A stretch of DNA of 64,000 nucleotides from Selaginella moellendorffii (Eukaryota; Plantae; Lycopodiophyta). Where the stretch lies: positions 5,420,360 to 5,484,359 of the forward strand of contig NW_003314261.1 in the NCBI RefSeq assembly GCF_000143415.4. The letters run 5' to 3'. Shown here piece by piece: positions 1 to 10,990 of this stretch. Both the position numbers and the translations under genes were made by a program. Position 1 is the stretch's first letter, and the number at the start of each line of letters is the position of its first letter. Below the pieces are notes generated by a model that was given only the letters and a program-made list of their open reading frames with translations, was not told the DNA's origin and did not search any database.

Positions 1-18
1 TTCATAAAACACTTTTTA

Positions 19-20
<2 letters not shown>

Positions 21-72
<52 letters not shown>
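21..72. repeat. (AT)n microsatellite
   Basis: Uninterrupted AT dinucleotide run; a second one lies at ~1178-1214. Confidence 0.95.
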
Positions 73-74
<2 letters not shown>

Positions 75-1171
75 CATTTTAAGTAAATTTAAATTTATAT
101 ATAATTCCAAATGCCACATCTGGATAGAATTACTAACTGCTCTTAATAAAATATATTTGACCTGGTTAAAGAAACTCATTCATTGGCTTACACTTGCTAG
201 TGTTAAGAATTTTTGCAATATTAAGCCTAAGATAGTTTACCAAGACATGTTAGTCTTATTTTGGTTCTATTATTTATTTATGGAAAGTGTTTAGATTTGT
301 TAGTGAGGCATATTTACAAAATGTAAAGATTGTGTTAAACATGATAATATTATTCTTATGCTTAGATTCACAATTTAACACCATTTCATATTTATAAAGT
401 TTTAAAGTTTTTCCTAAAAGCCAACTCTAGAGAGATTAGGGTGAAAGCTCAAAATGTGTTTTTATATAGGTTTTTATATAAGGGTGTTGTTTGTTTTTGT
501 TTCTATGTCCACCATGGGTTTAAGTCTAAAATCCATACTATATTAATTGATGGAATATTCATATCCTTATGTTAAGGCTACCAATATGTTAAAGTAGCAT
601 TAAACTTCATTTGCCTTTGTTTTGCATATTGATCTTAATATAGATATTGAAAAATTTAGAACTATTTTAGTGGTATTGCTTTGTGTTGTAATGCCTCTAC
701 ATCTTGGCTGTACATTCATGCTCTATGCTCTTGTTCCTTAAGAGTTTAGTTTCATCCCTTTATTTCAGTGGCTCAAGGTTTTGAATCTTGGATTCCACTT
801 TGTTGCCCTTGGCATATGTATTCAATAGTTGCCTCATAGTTATCATATAGTAAATTACTATAAGGTATATAGTCAAAACTGTGTGTCCTACATATATAGA
901 GTTAAGCATTCTTATAGTTGAATAATATTAGAAATCCAAATTCAAGAACTTACATTAATCTTGAGTTCAAATCTCATATATAGAGGTTTAAGGTTTGACT
1001 CCCATTGTGACTAGAAATCATAAATATGCTCACAAAGAGATAGTAAATACATGACATCCCATCCCCCCCTCCCCCTATAATGCCAAGCACCAAATTGCAA
1101 TTAAAGTGGTGTAAGATTAAACTTAAAGTTGATATTACTGATAGAAATTTATAACTAATTAACTAACTAAC

Positions 1172-1219
<48 letters not shown>

Positions 1220-1889
1220 AGGCTTTTAAGTACAATCACTAGAAGAATACCTAAGCTAACTAACTAAATAATATAATCTATGATATTGGTACTTTGAGTC
1301 AAGGTTGGTAGCAACCTTAAACTCCTTAAGTATAAACAATGAGAAAGAAGCTTATAAATATGATTTTTAGGAAAATACCCAAATCAGTCAAACAAATAAT
1401 ACAATTTATGGTATTAACACTTTGAGTAAAGGATGGTACCAATCTTAAACTTGAAGAGTTTGTGATTTTCCAATGTTAACAAAGTTGCCAAACCTTTGAT
1501 CCAATTGGAATAGAAGGTGAGAATAATCAACCACACAATAATGAGAAAAGTAATGGTACATGAACAAAATTTAAAGCAATAGCATGAATAACAATGGAAT
1601 CATTTGTAAGATTAAGTGTTGGAAGAAATAAATATAACCAATAAAAATGAAGGTCATAGTTGATGAAAAATGAAAAGTGATATGTTAAATAGTATTGAAA
1701 ACTATTAAAAAAAACCTCAGCAAAATGAAGGAGATCAATTTAATCATTCTGTTGATGAGAAATAAAGTATCAAAAATACTATTCAAGAGTTTTTGATACT
1801 TTTTCATTAGTTAGAGGATGTAAGAAGTGGATAGTATGTGAAAGAAGAAAATAAAGCAACCCTAAAAGGTGGAAAAAAACTGAAATGAT

Positions 1890-2460
1890 CACTTATAGAT
1901 AATATCATTTAGCAATTCATGAAGACAGAAAATTTCTTTATAAATAAGCTCAAATAATTGCTTTCCATCAATATGGAAAAAAGTGCTAATTTGATAAATC
2001 AATTAACCACAACAAGAATATTGTCAAATCCTTGAGAAAGTAAAAGATCAATAAGGAAATTTATACAGATCTCCAGGGTAGGATATAAAAAAGAATCTTT
2101 CTAATGGTTTTATTAAGCATTATTAAATTCATATGTGTTCAAAAAAGATGAGTTTCTTTATTTGGTAGTTGACTATTATAATCTCAACAAAGTATCATTC
2201 CCAATTAATTAGTTTGTATTAATTTCTTAAATATGGTGTAGCTTTTCAAAACTTGGTTCTTCACTAAATTAATTTGTATAATATTTAAATTTTTATTTGC
2301 ATTTGGAAAGGTAATGAGTGGAAAACACCCTTTTATACTAGTTATAACCACTTCAAGAATATAGTGATGCTTTATAGTGTAACTAATATTTTTGCTATTT
2401 TCCAACATATGGCAAACAATATTTTCATTTATCTTGATGAAATTCTTATCTCTTTTAACA
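1890..2460 (+). mobile_element. Decayed Ty3/gypsy reverse-transcriptase remnant
   Basis: Manual translation gives FKKDEFLYLVVDYYNLNKV (cf. KKDGSLRLCVDYRALNK), KGNEWKTPFYTSYNHFKNIVMLYSVTNIFAIFQHM (cf. [33 protein letters not shown]) and IYLDEILIS (cf. YLDDILIYS). Many stops, AT-rich. Confidence 0.75.
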
Positions 2461-2799
2461 GAAAAACACAGCTATCATGTTTGCCTTTTTCTTTAGCACC
2501 TTCAATATTGAAGAAATATTCCTTTGATAAAGTTTTGGTGAAATTTTCTAGCTATATTATTTTATCATATTTCTTGCCTAAAGTTTTCACCATTTTTTAG
2601 TAGCAATATCCAACTTTTGTTCATGATGTTTAATATTGCTTTTGTCTTATGAACTTTTATCAGTGTTTCATTCAAAAAGTTTCTCCTTTAATGTGATTAC
2701 CTTTTTTTATAGTCTTCCTGCTATTTAAATTTCTTTTGATTTTCTGAAATCTACATTCACTTCTGCTTTAGTTCTCATCTATATAGACAAGACAAAATT

Positions 2800-3560
2800 T
2801 TAATTTCTTGAGGTAAATGCTTCAAATTTTATTTTATGTAATATCTTGTTGCAAGAGGAATCAAATAACAAGATTCAGCCACTCTTTGAAATATACCACT
2901 ATAGAGATTGATTTGCAATTTTAGACCTTTGAAACTTGATATCATTTCCTTTAAAGGTCTTTTCTATATGATCACAATTACAACAACCTTTAGTTTTGGT
3001 CTTTGGCATGCATCCTCAATTAGTGTCAAACTTAGTGGTTACTATTCAGTTAGTTTATAATTATATATTACTCATGAAAAGTGAATGGGAAAGTTGATAC
3101 TTTTACTCAATATAGTTATCTCACACTATCACTTATAGACTTTGTATTCAAATTTTAACATCAAAATCTTTTTTATTTCTTTTGCTTCAAAATCAATTCC
3201 CTTGCACAACGTTTTGCTCACTCCTTCATTTTTATATTTATAAAAGGCATAATAAACAAAGGCCTCAAATCCATTTGTTCAAAAAGCTTGACAATTAATT
3301 TCTTCCTATACTTCTTTATCCCAATATAGTGGTTTTTAATTTTATCAATTTTGAGATGGATTTTATCAATTTTAAGAATTCTTCATCAAAAGACAATTGA
3401 TGGAAAACAATTAACCAAACTTATTTACAAAGAAAGTTTCCATCTTCATGGTCTCAAACGATATTACTAATGATTAAAGGCCTTACTTTGTGTCTATCTC
3501 TTCAAATCCTTTCTCAAACTTATGCCTCCTCAATTGCTAAGCACTACACTAAGGTGGATA
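2800..3560 (-). mobile_element. Second decayed retroelement fragment in opposite orientation
   Basis: 3395-3470 is an imperfect reverse complement of 1901-1972, so it is a related copy on the other strand. Boundaries approximate. Confidence 0.45.
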
Positions 3561-4199
3561 TGTTTAAAATGGAAGAAATATACTAACTTATTTCACAATC
3601 TTTCTTTCATAATCTCTATTAAATAGAACTTCATTTGAAATAAGAAACTGCAGATTTAAAAATCATGAAGTACTTTTCCAAAAAATCCTTCCCACTAATC
3701 TCACAACAATGGGAACACGTCTCTATACTTCCAGCTTAAAGTTTTTAAAGTTTTTTTTGTTCCTCAACAATAATAAAAAAATACATTGTTATACTTAGAT
3801 CATCATGAGACAAAACAGGGGCAAAGAATGAGGATAGTTAGCCCAATACTGACTTGAGTGGAAGGCATATAACAAGGTGCGCCAAGACACTCACTTTTTG
3901 ATTCAGTTTTTACAGCAGCAACACAAAAAGTCGAGCGTGCAGAATCTTTACTGGCACCCCAGTTCTTAAACATATTGGAACCAGGACGTCCACTGGTCAG
4001 ATGACCTTCATGAGTTATTAGTGCAAGCAAGGTACTAGCGACTGTAACCCTCAGAAGTTTCTAAGGGGGCCTCTCTCCCCTGCGCACAGCAAGTGGACGA
4101 GTTTTTTAAAGCCTGGAATTGGCAGGGTATTGCCTGCTTGAGCAGAAAAAAGCAGAGGAAAACAAATAGAACTCTCTATGGCTTACCAAATTCTTGGAG

Positions 4200-7100
4200 T
4201 CACGCTGATGGATTCAGCTGCACGGCCTTGGACACATCCAGCGACGAAACACGACATGTACCAAGTAGCATCTCTGGAAGATCCTCTTCGGTGTTCGCCT
4301 GCACAAATTTGGTGTTGTTTTTACATTTGTTGGTCAAGGAATTCTGCCTTGAAGAAGAGTACCTGTATCAAAAAGGCCATCTCCACAACCAGCTTGCTCA
4401 TGTAACCAAACACCAGGCTCACTACACCCCGAGCAACAGATGAAGCACCCACATCCACGTCCAGCTGCAAAAGAAATTACCAAGGCTTTTACAGGCATAG
4501 AAAAACTAACTATTACCTACCTCTAGGTAGTTTTTCCCATGAAAGTAGTGTAGATCTAACGCCTCTCCAATGAGACAGGCGGTTTTTCCAACGCTCTGCT
4601 TGACAATCCAAGAGCCCTGTGAACGACACATTAAGTTTTGCAAAGGCTGGAGAGAGCACTTATACCTCTGCTACATGAGGGATGAGCTTAAAAGTTGAGC
4701 TACGAAATCTGTCACCTCCGTTCACAAACTTTTCCAGCAAGGGAATCTGATCGAGCGACTGTTTCAGCATGTAGTAAAAGACCAGGGAGTACGTCGTGGA
4801 GCCGGGGACCTGCGTCGAGAGAATCAGAATGGAGAGAGCTATGTAATATAGAAAGCACAAAACCTGAAGATTAACAATGAAGAAAAACGACCTGGCAAGC
4901 TTTCGGACTTTAGGCTTCTGCAAAGTTGATAAAGCTCAAAAGTGGCCAAAAAGATTTATGGACCACTACGCACCTGCATAAAAGTATTTTCCCGAGAGGC
5001 AATGTGGTCTTCCCGTTGGTTGGATGTAAACCAGTCGACTGCAACCAGCTGCATTAGCGTTTCCTTGGCCTTTACCTTCTTATTATCCCGTAAATAATTC
5101 TTTCCACGAATCAGGAAAGTGGACGGATCAGCCGCACTCCAGCTGCAGTAAAAAGACGACTTTGGAAGTGTGCCTTCGCGATCTAGTAATTCGGCGTCTC
5201 GCGAGGAGAACTCTGTTTGAGGTTGAGCTCCCTTTTTGTGAGCTGCGTTAAAATAGGTTTACCAGGTAATAAAAAATAAAAAATGATCGATGTTACCTGC
5301 TGCTGCAAGGGCATGTATGCGCTTGACAAAACTTGCGGTCTTTGAAAACTTGGGAAGCTATAATAAAAACAGGCAGGAGATATTACCTCGGCAAAAAGAA
5401 GGATACTTCCTACCGATTTAGTCTCAGGCTCAAATTCTTCGGTGCCTTCGGTCTCACTTACGGACCGCAGCATGTCATCGGGCAAATCTTCCTGATCGGA
5501 GTCGTCCGGAGCGTCAAAAAACTCGTCCGTGTCGTTCACCCGAAGGAATGACTCTTGCTCGTCGATATGGGCACTCTTTGGTTCCTGATCGCTGACGACG
5601 ATCGCTCGTTCTTCATTTTCTTCCTTTTCTTCCTTGGCTGCTTGATCGTCGAATTCCCCAGAGGCATCCACCCACGTCGGCTCAATTACTTTCGCTTTAT
5701 ACAGTTCCCTCAAGCCTGAAAGTTGAAAACGTCAGGATATCAGATTTTAACTAGAGAACATCACTGATACCAGCAATCCTCTCGAGCATGCGAAGCGTAA
5801 TTTTCTGAACACGAGAAGGTTTGAAATGAGATTTCCAGGTGTTCCAATCAATTTCCAACATGTGCCTGACAAGTGACCGTGCAGGTTGCTCTCCTTCACC
5901 GGTCAGAGGGGATATTACATAGCCGCCACCTGCATGCACCAAAAACTAAACCGACTGTAGAAAAGTGTCGAATGTCGGCTCACTTTTTAAATTGGCCCGC
6001 ACTGTTCCTGATCGTGTAGGGCAGTCCTTGCGGCTCACTGAACGATACAAAATTACTGCGAAAACGAGGCAAGGACAGAGTATAGGATCCATGGTCAGAA
6101 TAATTATCAAAAGCTTACCATATGAACCATCATATTCACGGCGCCAATATCTATGAAATAACAAATCTCGCCCGCGCATGTGTCTAAACTCGAAGGCATT
6201 ATATTATACCAACAATGCAGCGACAAACTTACCCGGGGAGCCATTTTCTACGCAGCTGCTTGTGAACGATATCTGTATGACCATCTATGCGCTCCACAAT
6301 TCGTCCCGTTGAGTAGCAAAAGTCCCACCTGAGGATACGCACACTGTTGGGTCTGCAATCGCAAACACACACGTCTTACTCTGAGCGTGAATCTCCCAAC
6401 GCCATAACGGTATCGAAAACGGACTCACAAGGTGCCTTTACAACTCCAACAGCCATAATCGCGGGATGGTCATCTGCAAACTGCACTCTATTGTTGAGCA
6501 AAGGCAGCAAGACTGCTGAATCTGCTGATCAAATATTGCTGGTACCTTACTTGTAAATCTCCCCTTCGATTTCGAGGACTCCCGGAATAACCTCAGGCCT
6601 GGTACATGGTTATCAGAACGTCCTCGGGAAGAAGTAAAGCCACTCACCATTCTTACAGCCAAGAATTTTCCAAGGCGATTCTGCAATGACGTCTCCTTGC
6701 TCCCTCATGGAAGTCCAAAAGCCAGTCCAATCAGGAACTTCTGTAGAGAAAGTATAAAGAGTTACGTTAAACTGTCTTAGAGCATATCAATTACCTTGGC
6801 CTCCCTCTCGCCCTCGTTCAAAAAATCTGGGAAAGAGCCAGAATTTCGCATTAAAAATGTAACAAGCTGGCAGAAGAAATGGACAGGACGCACCTAAAAT
6901 ATGGCTTTCTTTTCGGAACTGCCAAGTTTTGCCTGAGGGGAGCTTGGCTCTAGGACAAAGGTCGGCATGTCTGTTAGTAAAACCGCAACGCGAGTCCATT
7001 TTCACCTTACACTTGCAGCGTCCCTAAAAGCGGACATCCATTTTGCTGCTTCTTCAGCAGTCCGTGCCGCGAGCTATAGCAAAGCATCTCATAAGCAAGT

Positions 7101-7578
7101 TCACAACCAACAAAGAACGAAGAACGAAAGAAAGAGGGACTCTCAAACCTTCATTTGTTGTTGATCAAAGTTTGGATCGGAGAGAGTGAAGGTATGCAAA
7201 ACCTGTGCAAAATTCTTCCTCAGCCCAGCAGCAATGCAAGAGGAGAGAATAAAGGAAAGCTCTCAATCACCTGGCCATGGATATTCTCCCTTCCATTGTC
7301 AACGACTTTAGTGTATGGCTGAATAACGCCCTTTTTCAAAGATTGCTGTAGAACAAGAACAATGCATCATCACAAGAACAAACTCACAAAACATTAATCA
7401 ATCCAAGAGATAGAGAGAGAAGAGGAAATTTTACCTTCTCGCCATCGTGGATGGGCTTGGATTTGTAACAAGTAGCCTGGCGGCCCTCGAGAACGAAGTA
7501 GCGCTTCCTGGGGAAGCGGATCCTGAGCCTGTGAGGTTGGATTACATAGAGCCAGCCCTCAATTTTGGTAGAATCCAT
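4200..7578 (-). CDS. EDR2-like PH + START + DUF1336 lipid-binding protein, multi-exon
   Basis: N-terminal PH exon MDSTKIEGWLYVIQPHRLRIRFPRKRYFVL; START exons (RYWRREYDGSY, GGGYVISPL); DUF1336 exons (WSAADPSTFLIRGKNYL, FFFIVNLQVPGSTTYSLVFYY, GSWIVKQSVGKTACLIG, LDVDVGASSVARGVV, ANTEEDLPEMLLGTCR...NPSA*). Stop TGA at 4202-4200; the introns checked are GT-AG. Confidence 0.9.
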
Positions 7579-7847
7579 CGCCGCTCTCTCCCTCGATCCT
7601 TCTTGATCCTCTCGATCCTCGCCGCGCCAAGGGCAAAGCGCTGGCGCACCGACACGAGAGCTACACTACCTAGAGCTGGAATACCGCGTGAGGCGCTCCG
7701 CGAAATCTTTCTCGCCCGCCTCCATCGCCCGGGAGGGTTTTTTAGTCGTCGTAGGCGCAAGCTCGAGTCAGCAGCGAATCGAACTTTCAACGTGTCAAAA
7801 GAAGAAAAAGCCTAAAGGTGGCCAAAATTAAAATTAGAAAATAGGGA

Positions 7848-7919
7848 CGCCGTTGCCGGGGATCGAACCCGGGTCGTCCGCGTGACAGGCGGAAATACTT
7901 ACCACTATACTACAACGAC
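7848..7919 (-). tRNA. tRNA-Asp (GTC)
   Basis: Reverse complement GTCGTTGTAGTATAGTGGTAAGTATTTCCGCCTGTCACGCGGACGACCCGGGTTCGATCCCCGGCAACGGCG: 72 nt cloverleaf, anticodon GTC, intact A/B boxes, TTTT just downstream. Confidence 0.97.
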
Positions 7920-8178
7920 TGGTCATGCTAGTTAGCCTACGTTGCAAGTCACTTTTCTGACCTATAGTCGTAAAAGAGACCTCCATTCCTTCGGATCAAA
8001 AGTCCTGGCTGTAAAGAAAGTTCTATAGTGTTTGGCATATCGTGAAGTCTATCACGAAATGTTTTAGTGAGGAAACTTCTTTGCAAACATTTTCTTGACC
8101 TATGTTCTTCTTGATAGCACACACTCACCATTCTATTCATCCCCAAGAACTTAGGTGCAATGTTAAATAGAAGAGTAC

Positions 8179-10015
8179 TTAATTCGTGAACAACAATGGC
8201 CGCATCATCTCATTGTCCTCGTGCTCCAGGAGATGACAATGCCACACATACCCAGGAGATATAGTCGGGTCAAACGCGAACCGGGTCGCCTCGCGCGGGC
8301 GGAAGGGCACGAAGAATCGTGTCACGAGGTTCGCCCTCACCAGCGCCGTGTCCTTCCATCCAAAGTGATCCACGTCCGGCGGCAGAGGATTCCCTGTGAA
8401 GCAGCTCGTCGGATCGAGAAACGGAGTATTGACGCTACACGCCCCCCGAATGAAGTTCGCCACATCGTAGTTCTGCTGATCCAGCGCGAAGAAATTGATC
8501 AAGTGGATGTGTATCGGGTGATCCCCGTTGGTAAAGGTGTTGACGAACTCCCAGATCTCGTTCGTGTAGAGCGGCACGATCTCGGTCACCGGGCTGCGGA
8601 ACGTGCGGTTGGCGTCCGAGAAGATCGTCCCCACCGTGGGGTTGAAGCTGATCACGAACTGGCGGCGGCGGACGCCGGTCACGTTGGCGGCAGAGATGTT
8701 GAAGCCGGTGGTGGCGAGGATCGTCTCCGCAACCGTGAGGTTGGCCATGGCCGGATCGATCGTGTTAGATGGGAGCATTGCGTTGGACGGCGGGAAGCTT
8801 GTGACACGAAACATGAACACCGACTGGTTGTTTCCATTGCCCGCCTCGAAGCCGGAGGTGGCGGTGTTTCTGATGGTTACGTTCTCTCCCACTCGCAAGC
8901 TCGAGAAATCGATCAGGACGTCGGCTCGCTCGGATGGACCCAGGTTGAGCGTCGGCTGCCGGACTGGAGTGGTCAGCAGCCCGCCATCGGATCCAATCTT
9001 GAAGAAGGCGAGGCTGGGGTGATCCAAGTTGAGGATGAAGAAGCGCGAGTTCCCAGCGTTGAGGAAGCGGAAGCGATGGACGCCCCGCGAGACGTTCAAG
9101 TATGGCCAGATCATGCCATTGACGAGCATGGTGTCGCCAAAGTAGTCCGGGCACCAGTTTGGATGGACAGAGACTGTGAATGACCATCCCAGGGTGGGAT
9201 AATTGATGCTGCCGTTGGGGAAGAACTGGCGATCCTGGAGGACCAAGTCGTGGATGAATGGGTTCTGGCTGCCATCGCTGTTCTCCCTGAGCGATCCCGG
9301 GAGCCAGGAGGGATCATCGTTTCCGATGATGTGATAGAGTCCCGCGAGGCCAGCGGCGACGCTCAAGCGCGTGTAGCCGAAGGAGTGATCGTGGTACCAG
9401 AGCAGAGTGGAGGGCTGCGCATTGTCGTACCGGAAGACGTTGGTGGTGAAATTCGGGCCTCGCTCGCCACCATTTGTGATCCAGGCATCCGGGTGGCCGT
9501 CGTAGGGGGGCGCGGTCTCTCCTCCGTGGAGATGGACGACGAGTGGAACTCCAACTCGGGGCTGGGCGCGGTCCAGCGTGGGATCGACCGCGAGCAAGTG
9601 ATTGGCATCGGTGATGTTGTTCGACCAGCGCACGAAAGCTCGCTTGTTCTTGAATGCTACGAGGGTTGGGCCTGGCACCGAGGCTTGCGCGGAGGTTCTA
9701 CCAAAAGCGTACACGGTTGTGGGTGGTAAATCCCTGTGGAGTTTCTGGAAAATAGAAAAGAAAGAAAGAACTTTCATGACGATTTGTGGCATAGTTTTTT
9801 ACCCTCTGGACTTTGAATGCGCGGATGATGAGTGGCCTTGAGCTGCTTGTTCTGGTGAGATTGATTCTTCGCATAACTGGAACATGATCAACGAATCTTT
9901 CCAAAACAGGGGAGGCATCCAAGTTGAGGCACTGCTGCGTTGCATTCTGGGCTCCTGTGATTGCAAAGATGCAAGCTGCTACAACCGCAAGCAACACCAG
10001 TTTTTGGACCGCCAT
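8179..10015 (-). CDS. Secreted multicopper oxidase, LPR1/CotA/bilirubin-oxidase type; exons 10015-9803 and 9744-8179
   Basis: Signal peptide MAVQKLVLLAVVAACIFAITGA; all four Cu motifs HLHG, WYHDH, HPIHIHL, WHCHLLEHEDNEMM; LPR-like KLHRDLPPTTVYAFG and PGYVWHCH; 58-nt GT-AG intron. Confidence 0.92.
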
Positions 10016-10284
10016 CCCAATCCACAGAACAGAAAGAATGTGATCCTTGAATTTTAGGCTAGAGGATCCACGGTGGTTCATAGAATAAATCACTGAGAGT
10101 TACAGTCCTTTTGCGACTTGGTCCTCAAGGTTACGTGGAAGACACATGGTGTTTGAAAATGACGAGATAGCTTGCAATTTTTGAAAAGTTAAGAAATATG
10201 AACAAAGACTTCTTGGCAAGATGCCAGCTCTAGATAGACAGATAGAAATCGTGTGTAATAGTGGGGCATAGGAGTTGCAGAGGC

Positions 10285-10344
10285 GGTGAAATGGATGGAA
10301 GGCCCGGGGAGTTAGGTGAAGTGGATGGAAGGCCCGGGGAGTTA
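10285..10344. repeat. Two-copy 30-bp tandem repeat
   Basis: ggtgaa(a/g)tggatggaaggcccggggagtta twice, one mismatch, ~270 bp upstream of the oxidase ATG. Confidence 0.9.
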
Positions 10345-10757
10345 GCAGCAAGGAAGCGTCCTTCTTGCGGCCTATAGTTATGCGGCCGCAGCACTGTTAA
10401 TTTCAAGTGCTAGGAAGGTGCTAGTGACTTTATAAAAGGAGTTAGAAGCAGACACACAAACAACAATAACAAGCTTCCAAACTGATTAATCATAATAGTT
10501 TTGTGCCTGAGTACGTAACCAACATTCTGAACTTGTTTTATAAAGTGTTTTGATGTTTTGTGTGTGTGTGAACGTAGCTATTTTCAACGCGTGCTCGAAC
10601 TGGCACGATTGAAAAGATAAATCTATCAGAATGGGATTCAGCTAGAGAAGAAGGAGTTCCCAGGTAGGGCGAGCACGTTCCCGCCCAGAACGGGCGAGCT
10701 GGGCATTAGCCTGGCGAGCGTTCTGGAGGGAATGTGCGAGCCCGTGCCCGGGAACAA

Positions 10758-10990
10758 CCTTAATGGGCTGTGGCAATACCGTTAATGGACATGTGGAAGA
10801 ATGTTATTCAAAGATAAAAGGGTTCTCCAAAATTGGCAGCTGGTAGCCTGGTTCTCTAGAACCTGGCAGTTGGCAGTTAGGTTCTGGAGAACCTAGCAGT
10901 TGTCAGCCACGTTCTCGTAGAGAACTTGACTCAATCCAACAGCTGCCAACAGTTGGATCAAATTAACGGGCGAGCCACAGCCCGTTAAGG
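10758..10990. mobile_element. MITE-like inverted-repeat element with internal ~29-bp repeats
   Basis: Arms 10758-10786 and 10962-10990 match as reverse complements at 24/29 nt; interior has four GTTCT...GAAC units. No TSD identified. Confidence 0.45.

Noticed and set aside
1-3700. Giant-virus-derived insertion or functional long hairpin
   Set aside because: The recognisable motifs are gypsy RT, and the inverted similarity is explained by two related fragments on opposite strands.
5297-5305. 6-nt micro-exon in the first EDR2-like gene
   Set aside because: It is the 3' end of a normal exon (LPKFSKTASFVKRIHALAAA).
8221-9729. Long + strand ORFs (320 aa, 159 aa and others)
   Set aside because: Antisense shadows of the GC-rich oxidase exon; no recognisable motifs.
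10821-10930. CRISPR-like array
   Set aside because: Contiguous degenerate units with no unique spacers, eukaryotic context and no cas genes.
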